A stretch of DNA of 24,000 nucleotides, taken from the NCBI GenBank assembly GCA_008364785.1, contig VTTJ01000006.1, positions 327,387 to 351,386 on the forward strand. Reading direction: 5' to 3'. Position 1 is the stretch's first letter. The number at the start of each line of letters is the position of its first letter. The translations under genes were made by a program, and so were the position numbers. This DNA comes from Bacillus sp. BGMRC 2118. GTDB taxonomy: Bacteria; Bacillota; Bacilli; Bacillales; SA4. Shown here one piece after another: positions 1 through 8,812 of this stretch. A model generated the notes under the pieces. That model was given only the letters and a program-made list of their open reading frames with translations. It searched no databases and was not told the DNA's origin.

Positions 1-1154
1 AAACCTCAACAATGATACTCGGAATCATTACGGCAATCATTATTAGTGCATTGTTCTTTATCGATGCTTTTTCAGACTTAGGAATTGATGCGTCAAGAGT
101 ATTTGCTTATTACTTAATTTTCAGCTTAGTCTGTTTAACGTTAATTTTTCAATTGCGTGTTTCTGGAAGAATGTCTAAGGACATGCTTGAAATGCAGCAG
201 CAGACTGAAATATTATTACAACAGCAGAGAGAGCAAGCAGAGCAATTACGTATTGGTTCGGAGACAATCAGTACTAATCTTGCACAAGTTCGTTCGCAAA
301 GTGAAGAGCAATTGCATTCCTTTAACGAAATGGGAATTGCAGTTGGAGAAATTTCATCTGGTATGCAGACTCAAACCGAAACAGCTACTTCAATCACTGA
401 ATCTATTGAAAACTTAAATCATATGGTTGATCAACTTGTAGCAAACGCTGAGTATTTAAGTAAACAATCTACTACGACAAATGAAGCTTCGGAAGCAGGT
501 AGTGAAAAGATTGAGCAATTATTATCTAAGATGACAGAGTTCCAAAGCTCTGTTGAAAATCTTACAGGGACAATGAACAACTTAGCCGAGAAAATTGTTG
601 AAACAAGCGGATTCTCAGATACGATTCGTGACATTGCCTCTCAAACGAATCTACTTGCTTTAAATGCTTCCATAGAGGCAGCGCGTGCAGGAGAAAGTGG
701 GAAGGGATTTGCTGTAGTTGCTGAAGAAATACGAAAGTTATCGGATATTACTTCTAATACAGCGAACCGCATTTCAGAAAATCTAATAGAAGTGAATGAT
801 AATACGAAATCTTCTCAAGCTCAGATGAAAGAGAACGCGATTCGAATGACTGAAAGTGTGGAAATGACGAAGGCGACCATGAATGAGTTCTCTAATATTA
901 ATCAAACAGTGAATGAACTAAATCTAACAATTAATAAGTTTGAACAAATTACGTCAACGATTAATATTTCTTCAAACACAATAGAAACTTCAGTAAATGA
1001 GTTTGCGGCAATTATTGAAGAAACTACTGCATCACTTGAAGAAATTGCAGCTTCTATCGAAAACCATAACCAGCAAAACAGTGACTTAGTTGAGCTTATC
1101 CAACATACTGATGATGCAACAACAAAGTTAATGGAGCTTGCTGGGGATAAATAA
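1..1154 (+). CDS. methyl-accepting chemotaxis protein, probably 5'-truncated by the window edge
   Basis: Contains the MCP signalling-domain signature [37 protein letters not shown]. Two hydrophobic helices lie at the visible N-terminus. The frame is open from nt 3 and there is no SD before the ATG at 12, so the gene likely starts upstream of the window. Confidence 0.85.
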   Translation, partial: TSTMILGIITAIIISALFFIDAFSDLGIDASRVFAYYLIFSLVCLTLIFQLRVSGRMSKDMLEMQQQTEILLQQQREQAEQLRIGSETISTNLAQVRSQSEEQLHSFNEMGIAVGEISSGMQTQTETATSITESIENLNHMVDQLVANAEYLSKQSTTTNEASEAGSEKIEQLLSKMTEFQSSVENLTGTMNNLAEKIVETSGFSDTIRDIASQTNLLALNASIEAARAGESGKGFAVVAEEIRKLSDITSNTANRISENLIEVNDNTKSSQAQMKENAIRMTESVEMTKATMNEFSNINQTVNELNLTINKFEQITSTINISSNTIETSVNEFAAIIEETTASLEEIAASIENHNQQNSDLVELIQHTDDATTKLMELAGDK

Positions 1155-1155
1155 G

Positions 1156-1190
1156 AAAAGAAGGATTCCATCAAGGAATCCTTCTTTTAC
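1156..1190. terminator. bidirectional intrinsic terminator between the convergent MCP and sortase genes
   Basis: Stem AGAAGGATTCC (1159-1169) pairs with GGAATCCTTCT (1175-1185) around a 5-nt loop (1170-1174). The hairpin is flanked by an A-run and a T-run, so it can terminate in both directions. Confidence 0.75.
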
Positions 1191-1289
1191 TTTGGCTTTT
1201 TTCGCTAGCATGTTTTCTTCAGAATGAATTGTACTTTTCTATTAAAGATGACGCGATTAGTAACAGCCACATATTAGTGTAAAGTGCTA

Positions 1290-1847
1290 TTAGTTTTGTG
1301 TCGGTCTCTTCAAAAGCTTGGCAGAAATAATAAAACGCTCCGGTGCATTCCCAATGTATTGAAACGGATAGCATGTGATAAGTGTTAATGTTTCTACAGG
1401 CTTTTCTACAAGTATCGTTCGGTCATCTTGATCTACAATGTTGATTTTATTGATTTTGTACTGATATGTACCATTTTTCATTTCAATCCATATCAATTCA
1501 TCTTTTTTAATATGTTCCAGCTTTCTAAAAATTGTATCTCGATGACCAGTTAGCACAATGTGTCGATTCTCTCCAGGCAAGCCACTTTTCATATAGTGGC
1601 CAACACCTTTCCTCAGTTCATTCTCTGAAGATCCATAGAAAATAGGAACACTAAAATCTAGAGAGGGGATGGTTAGATTTCCGATTACATCTCCTTCATT
1701 CGGTCTAGTAGCTGCAAAAACTTTTTCATCATCAATAATTGGAGAAAGATCATCCTTTTCAGCAACTAAGCCGATATAAAAGGAATAACCATTAGGAACT
1801 GTAAGGAATAAACCAATAATTCCTAATAAGATAGCGAACTTTTTCAT
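1290..1847 (-). CDS. sortase (class D-like)
   Basis: N-terminal membrane anchor, catalytic His motif LTGHRDT and the TLITC active-site Cys motif. The start overlaps the upstream gene's stop (ATGA). Confidence 0.88.
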   Translation of the reverse strand: MKKFAILLGIIGLFLTVPNGYSFYIGLVAEKDDLSPIIDDEKVFAATRPNEGDVIGNLTIPSLDFSVPIFYGSSENELRKGVGHYMKSGLPGENRHIVLTGHRDTIFRKLEHIKKDELIWIEMKNGTYQYKINKINIVDQDDRTILVEKPVETLTLITCYPFQYIGNAPERFIISAKLLKRPTQN

Positions 1848-2815
1848 TGTTTCTTCAACTGTTCTCTTGAGGCAAGTAACATGAATAGGGTGCTAATAAA
1901 AAGTAAAAATAACCCGACAGCTAGTTTCAATGGATACTTGGATGCGGTAACTGGTAATGGATCTCCATTCATGAGTGAACCTTTAGTAATAGCCAGTTGT
2001 CCAACATTCAGGAGCTGTTCACTTGCTTGTAAAGCAAAATCAGAGTGAAGCATCTCTGAGGAAAAGCTAAGGTCTGCAATTGAATGGCCAGAGTCAGATT
2101 GTAACGATACTTCTATGACGTTCCCGTTTTTCGGAGTTAATTCCATCAATTTATTTAATGGAAGGGATTGCGGAAACCCATCTACCTCTCCTATAACAAA
2201 AAGAGAAGGTTTCAACTTATAAGCCATGAACACATCCTCTAGAATTGACAACAGTTCCTCTTGTTTATTATCTTGTAAGCTCCCACTTTCATCAATCTTA
2301 CCTATCATCTCAATTCGTTTATTAATGGCTTGAAGGTTAGATACAAACTCATCTTGATCAAGTGATACAATGTGAGTCATTAAATCGGAAACCTCCTCAT
2401 CATTCATACCAATATAGGCAAGGAAGTCAGTCATGCTTGTTAAGGCTTCGCTGTGGTGTGTAAAAAAGCTTACTGCGAATTCCAAATCTTCTATGAATGT
2501 ATAATCATCGGTTGATTCACCAAACTGTTCTAAAAGGTCATCTAAGTCTTCCGATGAAAGATTATACTTCTTCAGTAATGGTTGAATATTGGAGTCATTT
2601 AAGGGTGTTCCTAATACACTAATTAAATCATCTATCGTATCAAATTGTTCAATCGTTAAATTCTTCGTGGCCAAATAGCTTGTCAAATCATCCATTGTCC
2701 AGTCTAATTTTTCTAAGTAAGGAATTAACTCATCACTAGGTGGTGCCGCTAAACTCAAAGATGGTAAAAACAGTACCATAATCATGATACTAACAAAAAA
2801 GCGTGTCCTTTTCAT
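1844..2815 (-). CDS. acidic surface protein with an LPXTA sortase sorting signal (processed acidic surface protein family)
   Basis: Signal peptide (MKRTRFFVSIMIMVLFLPSLSLAAP) and a very D/E-rich body. The C-terminus is LPVTAS followed by a hydrophobic helix and a basic tail (REQLKKQ). I use the second ATG (2815) because GGAGG sits 7 nt upstream of it and only 1 nt from the ATG at 2821. Confidence 0.8.
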   Translation of the reverse strand: MKRTRFFVSIMIMVLFLPSLSLAAPPSDELIPYLEKLDWTMDDLTSYLATKNLTIEQFDTIDDLISVLGTPLNDSNIQPLLKKYNLSSEDLDDLLEQFGESTDDYTFIEDLEFAVSFFTHHSEALTSMTDFLAYIGMNDEEVSDLMTHIVSLDQDEFVSNLQAINKRIEMIGKIDESGSLQDNKQEELLSILEDVFMAYKLKPSLFVIGEVDGFPQSLPLNKLMELTPKNGNVIEVSLQSDSGHSIADLSFSSEMLHSDFALQASEQLLNVGQLAITKGSLMNGDPLPVTASKYPLKLAVGLFLLFISTLFMLLASREQLKKQ

Positions 2816-2885
2816 ACACATGCCTCCAGTTATGATCTATATACTGGTATTATTTGTAGTGAGCAGAGAATCATGTATGAAATAG

Positions 2886-2921
2886 AAAAACGTTAAGGAA
2901 AGTAACTACCTTAACGTTTTT
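2886..2921 (-). terminator. intrinsic terminator downstream of the IDEAL-domain gene
   Basis: AAAAACGTTAAGG (2886-2898) pairs with CCTTAACGTTTTT (2909-2921), giving a perfect 13-bp stem that includes its A and T runs. Confidence 0.7.
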
Positions 2922-2924
2922 GTC

Positions 2925-3149
2925 TTATGCATGCTTCATTAATTCGTGATATTCAAGTGCTAGTTTGTAAAATAATTGATCATCCCGTTTATCTAGAGCA
3001 TGATCAATTTCAATACCTAACTTTTTTACTTTCGCGGTAAATATTATTTCATCGACAATCATTTGTACATAAATATTTTCAGTTACTTCTTTGTTTCCTT
3101 TCATTGCTTCTTTTTTCATCAGTTCAGAATAGGATGGCCGTTTTTTCAT
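2925..3149 (-). CDS. IDEAL domain-containing small protein (YhzC-like position next to comK)
   Basis: The sequence IEIDHALDKRDDQLFYKLALEY matches the IDEAL-domain pattern (ID.ALD...D...F..L). The protein is 74 aa and lies upstream of comK on the opposite strand. Confidence 0.7.
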   Translation of the reverse strand: MKKRPSYSELMKKEAMKGNKEVTENIYVQMIVDEIIFTAKVKKLGIEIDHALDKRDDQLFYKLALEYHELMKHA

Positions 3150-3274
3150 GATTGATCACTCCTGTCAGTGTTTAGAAGTTCTCGTGTAACGGTTTGTTTA
3201 ATGATAGTGGTCTCCCCATTATAATCAATAACAAATTAATTTTCAATAATATTCTGAATATTTAATCTTCTAAT

Positions 3275-3283
3275 TGTTATAAT
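3275..3283 (+). promoter_or_regulatory. candidate extended -10 promoter for the 3356 gene
   Basis: TGTTATAAT (TGnTATAAT) sits about 70 nt upstream of the start codon. The -35 region is weak. Confidence 0.35.
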
Positions 3284-3355
3284 AATAGAAAGTGGTCTTT
3301 TTTCGTGGATAAGATAGCTTTTTTAGGAGCATCCTAATAAGGGAGGTGTAAGTAA

Positions 3356-3559
3356 ATGTCAGAAGAAAATGTAAATAATCCGAAAAAGAATGAAATTCCG
3401 TTTAGCACACCTTTGAACCCACAAATGACTGTAACGTCAGGATTCAATCACTTTAGCGGATCAAATGTAGGTGATTCTGTTGATGAACACATATCAGTGG
3501 AAGAAGGTAATGAATATATTGCAGAGAAGGAAATCTCCCAAGTATTTAACAATTCGTAG
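3356..3559 (+). CDS. hypothetical small acidic protein (67 aa)
   Basis: Strong RBS GGGAGGTG 8 nt before the ATG, and a terminator follows. I do not recognise a family. Confidence 0.6.
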   Translation: MSEENVNNPKKNEIPFSTPLNPQMTVTSGFNHFSGSNVGDSVDEHISVEEGNEYIAEKEISQVFNNS

Positions 3560-3573
3560 GAAGAGCCCATAAA

Positions 3574-3607
3574 ACGGTTTTCTCTAAGAGAAGGCTGTTT
3601 TTTATTT
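3574..3607 (+). terminator. intrinsic terminator after the 3356-3559 gene
   Basis: Stem CGGTTTTCTC / GAGAAGGCTG, including G-U pairs, followed by TTTTTTATTT. Confidence 0.55.
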
Positions 3608-3775
3608 GGCTGTTTTCGTATAGCGTGTTGTTTTTCTAAAAATCCCAAAACCTTAGTATTTAGATACTTCTATAGATTTGCTCTTTTCTACCCATCCTCA
3701 ATTTGCATCTAAAACTGGTGTACACCCGGAATAATTGTACTAAAAGCAACAAAGTTTTAGTATGGAGCCTTTTAT
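3606..3775 (+). repeat. dispersed intergenic repeat, copy A
   Basis: Aligns by eye, at roughly 75-80% identity, to the reverse complement of 7315-7507. Two blocks are perfect: TAGTATTTAGATACTTCTA (3654-3672) and ATAATTGTACTAAAAGCAACAA (3731-3752). Confidence 0.75.
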
Positions 3776-3915
3776 TTCTAGTAGCATTGTAAATTACATT
3801 GAAGGATGTTAGTAAGATTGTTTTTTGATTATTCAAGAAAAAGATTTAAAAAACTATTTCCTTTTGTCAGGATTTGTCTTATTATAGGATTGTAAAAATG
3901 AAAGGAGTTGTATAA

Positions 3916-4446
3916 ATGAGTAGTACATATTTAGAAGAATATGAGATTAGCCCTTACACAATGGCCATTCTTCCAGAGGTAACAGAGGAGGGATTATATT
4001 CTCGGGTTATGGAACTTGAATACGAGTACATTGTAAGAGCAAAGCCAATCCAAATTATTGAAAAGAGCTGCCGTTTCTTTGGAAGTAGCCTCCAAGGTAG
4101 AAAAGAAGGTACGCGCGAGATTATGGGTGTCACCCACAAAGCCCCTATTGTCATTGATCCTACAAATTCCATCTATTTTTTCCCTACAACCTCACCTACA
4201 AGACAACAATGTTCCTGGATTTCTCATTCATTTGTTAAACAATTAGTTAATAGTGATTATGACAAAACAACGATTATTTTTTCAAATAGTAAAGAAGTTA
4301 CATTTTCAATCTCAAGAGGTTCTTTAGAAAACCAGCTTTATCGCACTGCGCAGCTTCGTACAACACTATCGAGTCGTATATCTTCAGAAAACAGAAAGAC
4401 GTCCTTCTTAATGACTCCTCATTATAATGCTAAAGAAATGAGCTAA
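3916..4446 (+). CDS. comK: competence transcription factor ComK
   Basis: CRFFGSSLQGRKEGT, HKAPIVIDP, FFPTTSPTRQQCSWISH and ENQLYRTAQLRT match recalled B. subtilis ComK (CRFFGSSYAGRKAGT, HKPPIMVDP, LFPTLSSTRPQCGWISH, ENQVYRTAWLRT). RBS AAAGGAG. Confidence 0.93.
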   Translation: MSSTYLEEYEISPYTMAILPEVTEEGLYSRVMELEYEYIVRAKPIQIIEKSCRFFGSSLQGRKEGTREIMGVTHKAPIVIDPTNSIYFFPTTSPTRQQCSWISHSFVKQLVNSDYDKTTIIFSNSKEVTFSISRGSLENQLYRTAQLRTTLSSRISSENRKTSFLMTPHYNAKEMS

Positions 4447-4535
4447 AGAAACATATTAAGCATTACAGTAGTGAGAATGAGTACGAAATCAATAAAGCTT
4501 TACAGAATGACGTGACAAAGGTGCTTTAAAAAACG

Positions 4536-4568
4536 AGATCCAAATTTTTTCTTTGGATCTTTTGTATT
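4536..4568. terminator. bidirectional terminator between comK and the convergent 4573 gene
   Basis: AGATCCAAA (4536-4544) pairs with TTTGGATCT (4552-4560). T-rich sequence follows on the + strand, and CGTTTTTT follows on the - strand. Confidence 0.75.
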
Positions 4569-4572
4569 GTAT

Positions 4573-4941
4573 TTATGTTCGTGTTTGCAGTAAATATTTC
4601 TCCATTACTTCCTGTACATAATGCTTAATGCGTGGATTGAAGTAATTATGATGTTCTTCATAGCCTTTATAGATAAATAAAAAAGATGTAAATGTATCAT
4701 CTCTTTGCACTTCTTGTGCCTTCATTTTCTTTCTTTTCATTTCTTGTTTAATAATAGATAAATCGCGTTGTATATGATTCATTGACTGTTCAATGCATCG
4801 GATATAAGGTTGTTTTAATTTAAAGGGGGCTCGCTCAATAATAGATAAATCTCTTTCGAAGATGGTTAAGGCCATAGGTAAAAAGAGAGACTGTTCATAT
4901 AACGTACGATCTTCATCTGGTATACGCGTCAATTTGATCAC
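4573..4941 (-). CDS. hypothetical protein, 122 aa (positionally like B. subtilis yhjD)
   Basis: Clean ORF with a GTG start (or an in-frame TTG 9 nt downstream). The family was not recognised from sequence; the yhjD analogy rests only on recalled gene order. Confidence 0.55.
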   Translation of the reverse strand: MIKLTRIPDEDRTLYEQSLFLPMALTIFERDLSIIERAPFKLKQPYIRCIEQSMNHIQRDLSIIKQEMKRKKMKAQEVQRDDTFTSFLFIYKGYEEHHNYFNPRIKHYVQEVMEKYLLQTRT

Positions 4942-5253
4942 TATCCTTTTTAGAACATTTGTTCGTATTTAAATAATAATAAGTCTCTATAAAAAAATCA
5001 AGTGAAATTTAATTGATAAAGAAGGAAAATTATTTCAGATGACGAAATAAAGATTAAGTAAGGAACTGTTGAAAATTGATATAGTTTTGACACTTCTGCT
5101 CGTGGGATTAAGGTTTTGGGCTCTTTATGTGAAAGGAATGAGTCATTCACCTGAACTCAAGGTTTGAGGAATCACCCTCCACTAGCTGACGTCAGTATAT
5201 TCTATTCAATGATAACAACAGCCAAAGACAAAAAAGGATGTGTATCTGTCATT

Positions 5254-7233
5254 ATGAGCCAAAAAAGAGGTATTCAATCACGAGACTTATACAAACTGAA
5301 ATCGGTAAATCAACCCCAATTTTCACCAGATGGTAAACAGTATTTGTTTGTTCAAACAGAGATGGATGAAAGTAATCAGGAGTATATGTCTCATGTATTT
5401 GTATCCGATTTACATGGAGAGAGAGCTAGACAGTATACATATGGAAAAGTCCGTGATCAACAAGCTAGATGGTCACCAGATGGAGGGCTAATTGCATTCT
5501 TATCAAATCGCTCTGGTAAAACGCAGCTATATATTTTAGACCCAACTGGTGGAGAACCACGTCAACTAACGGATATAAAAAATGGTATTTCGCAATATAT
5601 GTGGTCATTTGACAGTAAATATATCTTTCTTAACACATCACTTGGGACGGATGAAGATCTGATACACAATCAGGAGAAACCAAAAGAGGAAAAAGTAGAA
5701 CCAATGGTTGTTGACAAACTCTTTTACAAATCAGATGCAAGTGGTTTCTTTAATCATAAATACAATCAAATTGTATCAGTGGAAGTTGAAACAGGGAAAC
5801 TGACTGTATTAACAGACGGTTTGTATGATTATTCTCTAGGAAGTCCGTCACCAGATGGGAAAATGATTGCACTCCTTGGGAACCCATCAGATGAAGCTGA
5901 CTATGAACTGAATAGTAATGTGTTCTTGCTGAATATTGAAGATCAGTCATTACAACAAGTGACATCATCTGGAAGTTTCAATAACATAAGCTGGTCACCA
6001 TGTGGAACGTATCTTAGTTTCATTGGTCATGAAAAGGAATACCGTTCAGCCACGTTATCTAGAATTTGGTTATACGAAGTTGAAACCAAACAAATACAAT
6101 GCTTAACCTCTAATTGGGATGTTCAAGTGGGAGATGTGGCAATTGGCGATTTTCAACTTGGTCATATATCAGAAGGACTAGTCTGGACTGAGGACAGCAA
6201 TGGATTTTATTTTTTAGCAAGTGACCAGGGGAGTACAAATGTATATTATGGAGACATCGAGGGACTTGTATACCCAGTCACGTTAGACGATCACCACGTA
6301 TACTCCTTCGCAGTAGATGGAAAAACACATAAAATAATTTGCGGAATCAGCACACCTACAGAACCAGGTGAATTATATCTGATTGACTTACAATCAGGTG
6401 AGAAAAAACAACTTACGAACGTAAATGCAGCGTTTCTTTCCGATATTGAACTTTCACCTGCAGAGGCTATATCCTTCAATGCAAAGGATGGATTAGAAAT
6501 TCATGGATGGCTTATGAAGCCGGTGGGGTTTGAGGCAGGACAAAAAGTTCCGTTAATTGTAGAAATTCATGGTGGACCTCACATGATGTATGCAAACTCG
6601 TATTTCCATGAGTTTCAAGTGTTGGCTGCAAAAGGGTATGCCGTTCTCTTTACAAACCCTCGTGGCAGTCATGGCTATGGTCAAGACTTTGTTGATAAGG
6701 TAAGAGGCGATTATGGTGGGAATGATTATTTAGATATCATGTCGGCAGTTGACTTTGTACTAGAAAATTACAATTTCATTGATGAAAACAGACTTGGTGT
6801 TACAGGAGGAAGTTATGGTGGCTTTATGACAAACTGGATTGTCGGGCATACAAACCGATTTAAAGCTGCGGTTACACAACGAAGTATTTCCAATTGGATC
6901 AGCTTCTATGGAGTGAGTGATATTGGCTATTTCTTCACAGATTGGGAAGTTCTCAGAGGAGAAAGCTTCGACCCTGAAAAGCTATGGAATCACTCTCCGC
7001 TAAAGTATGTGAATCATATTGAAACACCTTTACTTATTTTACATGGAGAAAAGGATTATCGTTGTCCAATTGAACAGGCAGAGCAGCTTTATGTAACATT
7101 AAAGCATAATAAAAAGGAAACAATGTTTGTCCGCTTCCCTGAGGCAAATCATGAATTATCGAGAAGTGGTCATCTAAACTTACGTATTCACCGTTTAGAT
7201 CATATTGCAGGATGGTTTGATAAATATTTATAA
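5254..7233 (+). CDS. S9 family serine peptidase (acylaminoacyl-peptidase / prolyl oligopeptidase family, YuxL-like)
   Basis: N-terminal beta-propeller PD40-type repeats (FSPDGKQYLF, WSPDGGLIAF, PSPDGKMIAL, WSPCGTYLSF). C-terminal alpha/beta hydrolase with the nucleophile motif GGSYGGFM. I place the start at ATG 5254 (MSQKRG...); the TTG at 5164 in the ORF track has no RBS. Confidence 0.88.
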   Translation: MSQKRGIQSRDLYKLKSVNQPQFSPDGKQYLFVQTEMDESNQEYMSHVFVSDLHGERARQYTYGKVRDQQARWSPDGGLIAFLSNRSGKTQLYILDPTGGEPRQLTDIKNGISQYMWSFDSKYIFLNTSLGTDEDLIHNQEKPKEEKVEPMVVDKLFYKSDASGFFNHKYNQIVSVEVETGKLTVLTDGLYDYSLGSPSPDGKMIALLGNPSDEADYELNSNVFLLNIEDQSLQQVTSSGSFNNISWSPCGTYLSFIGHEKEYRSATLSRIWLYEVETKQIQCLTSNWDVQVGDVAIGDFQLGHISEGLVWTEDSNGFYFLASDQGSTNVYYGDIEGLVYPVTLDDHHVYSFAVDGKTHKIICGISTPTEPGELYLIDLQSGEKKQLTNVNAAFLSDIELSPAEAISFNAKDGLEIHGWLMKPVGFEAGQKVPLIVEIHGGPHMMYANSYFHEFQVLAAKGYAVLFTNPRGSHGYGQDFVDKVRGDYGGNDYLDIMSAVDFVLENYNFIDENRLGVTGGSYGGFMTNWIVGHTNRFKAAVTQRSISNWISFYGVSDIGYFFTDWEVLRGESFDPEKLWNHSPLKYVNHIETPLLILHGEKDYRCPIEQAEQLYVTLKHNKKETMFVRFPEANHELSRSGHLNLRIHRLDHIAGWFDKYL

Positions 7234-7261
7234 GTACTAGAGAAAAGAAGCATGTATGATA

Positions 7262-7292
7262 AATAAGTAGAAACTTAGAAGTTCTACTTATT
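7262..7292 (+). terminator. hairpin after the peptidase gene (weak terminator)
   Basis: AATAAGTAGAA (7262-7272) pairs with TTCTACTTATT (7282-7292). There is no clear U-tract. Confidence 0.4.
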
Positions 7293-7314
7293 ATCAGATA
7301 TATACATCTTCTTT

Positions 7315-7507
7315 TCTTTTGGCTCTTTTCTAAAAATTGTTGCTTTTAGTACAATTATGCTGGGTGGATAACCAGTTTTTAGAAGAAAATTGAGGCTTTA
7401 GACAAGAGCAACTCTCTTTATTTTTAGAAGTATCTAAATACTACGGTAAAAATCTAGCTTTTGGGACTTTACTCATAGCAACAACCTCTTGCGAAAACAA
7501 CCTTTCT
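7315..7507 (-). repeat. dispersed intergenic repeat, copy B (inverted relative to copy A)
   Basis: The reverse complement aligns to 3606-3775. Perfect blocks are TTGTTGCTTTTAGTACAATTAT (7337-7358) and TAGAAGTATCTAAATACTA (7425-7443). Confidence 0.75.
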
Positions 7508-7572
7508 TTTTGTTTTACGGTCGAATTGTGTACAATAGACATATTACTTATATTTTTAGGAGAATACAGTTC

Positions 7573-8229
7573 ATGGATATTGAATCATCACAACATTTAT
7601 GGTCTAATTTGCAGTCATGGTTTACGCTTGAAAATATCCAAAATCTAATGGATGAATACCGTGATTTAGGTATTATTCCGGGGATTGTCCTGCCAATGCT
7701 GGAAGCCGTGTTTCCATTTTTACCATTAGTGGTGTTTGTTGTTGCAAATGCTGCTGCGTTTGGCCTGTGGCTAGGCTTTCTTGTTTCATGGATTGGTGCC
7801 TGTTTAGGAGCTATCCTCGTTTTCTTAGTTGTTAGAAGGTTAGGAGAGAAACGATTTTTTAAATGGATCAGGAAAAGAAAACAAGTGATGAAATTAACAG
7901 GTTGGCTAGAACGTCATGGCTTTGGTCCATTGTTCCTGCTATTATGTTTTCCGTTCTCTCCTTCAGCAATTATCAACGTAGTGGCCGGCTTATCACGAGT
8001 TAGCTTATGGCAGTTTATACTTGCTGTTCTATCAGGTAAAATGGTCATGATTTTTATGATCAGCTTCGTAGGATATGATATTCGTTCACTAGTGACACAG
8101 CCAATAAGGACAGGCATTGTGGCCCTGTTTATTTTCATTTTATGGTATGTTGGGAAGAGGATTGAACTATATTTAAGTACAAAAGAGAAAAATAGTAAAC
8201 TAGGGGAGGTAGGGAAGCAACATGAATAA
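7573..8229 (+). CDS. TVP38/TMEM64 (DedA-type) family membrane protein, YhjE-like
   Basis: Multi-pass hydrophobic protein with typical segments VFPFLPLVVFVVANAAAFG and CFPFSPSAIINVVAGLS. I choose ATG 7573 because AGGAG lies 10 nt upstream; the 7489 extension runs into the repeat element. Confidence 0.8.
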   Translation: MDIESSQHLWSNLQSWFTLENIQNLMDEYRDLGIIPGIVLPMLEAVFPFLPLVVFVVANAAAFGLWLGFLVSWIGACLGAILVFLVVRRLGEKRFFKWIRKRKQVMKLTGWLERHGFGPLFLLLCFPFSPSAIINVVAGLSRVSLWQFILAVLSGKMVMIFMISFVGYDIRSLVTQPIRTGIVALFIFILWYVGKRIELYLSTKEKNSKLGEVGKQHE

Positions 8230-8776
8230 AGAAGCCAACTCGAAATGGCTAAACATAGGGAAACCAATTCTTACCGGTCTAGTCATAGCGTTTATTATTC
8301 GTACGTTTTTCTTTTCAAGCTATGTGGTAGAAGGAAGCTCGATGAAGCCTACACTTCAAGATGGAAATCTTCTCGTCATTAATAAAATCGGTTATGAATA
8401 TGGTAATCTTGAGCGATTTGATGTAATTGTCTTTCATGCTAACAAAAAAGAAGATTATGTGAAGCGGATCATCGGTTTACCTGGTGATAAAATATCGTAC
8501 CAAGGCGGGGATCTCTATATTAATGGAGTTCAAGTGGATGAACCGTATTTAAGTACATACAAGGAAGCATTTGTTGGTGAGCAGTTCACAGAAGATTTCA
8601 CGTTAGAAGAGAAAACCGGTGAAGAAATTGTCCCTGAAGGAAAATTGTTTGTAATCGGTGATAACCGACTTGGAAGCTATGATAGTAGACACTTTGGTTT
8701 TATTGATGTAGAGCAGGTGGTAGGGAAGGTAAATCTAAGGTATTACCCTCTTAGGCAAGTAGATATTACATTTTAA
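8222..8776 (+). CDS. lepB: signal peptidase I (Sip/LepB type)
   Basis: Catalytic Ser box SSMKPTL, Lys box YVKRIIGLPGD and GDNRLGSYDSRHFGFI. It overlaps the upstream gene by 8 nt. Confidence 0.92.
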   Translation: MNKEANSKWLNIGKPILTGLVIAFIIRTFFFSSYVVEGSSMKPTLQDGNLLVINKIGYEYGNLERFDVIVFHANKKEDYVKRIIGLPGDKISYQGGDLYINGVQVDEPYLSTYKEAFVGEQFTEDFTLEEKTGEEIVPEGKLFVIGDNRLGSYDSRHFGFIDVEQVVGKVNLRYYPLRQVDITF

Positions 8777-8812
8777 CTCTCGAACTATTGCGAGGGTTAT
8801 TTTTTTTTATTT
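8774..8812 (+). terminator. intrinsic terminator after signal peptidase I
   Basis: TAACTCTCG (8774-8782) pairs with CGAGGGTTA (8791-8799), followed by a run of 10 T. Confidence 0.8.

Noticed and set aside
3786-3805. ATTGTAA...CATTGAAG upstream of comK as a third copy of the ATTTGTAAC operator
   Set aside because: Only a 7-mer matches, the second repeat is poor, the spacing is 12 rather than 11 bp, and no -10 lies at the conserved distance.
3831-3870. ComK boxes (AAAA-N5-TTTT) in the A/T runs upstream of comK
   Set aside because: The region is A/T-rich and contains near matches (AAAAAACTATTTC). I could not find two properly spaced full boxes, so the evidence does not rise above background.
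5164-5253. N-terminal extensions in the ORF track (5164 peptidase, 7489 DedA, 21820 CoA synthetase, 2821 surface protein, 14169, 15623, 18848)
   Set aside because: In each case an internal start has a correctly spaced SD and gives a family-typical N-terminus. The extensions lack an RBS, or they cover a repeat element (7489) or a promoter/operator (21820).
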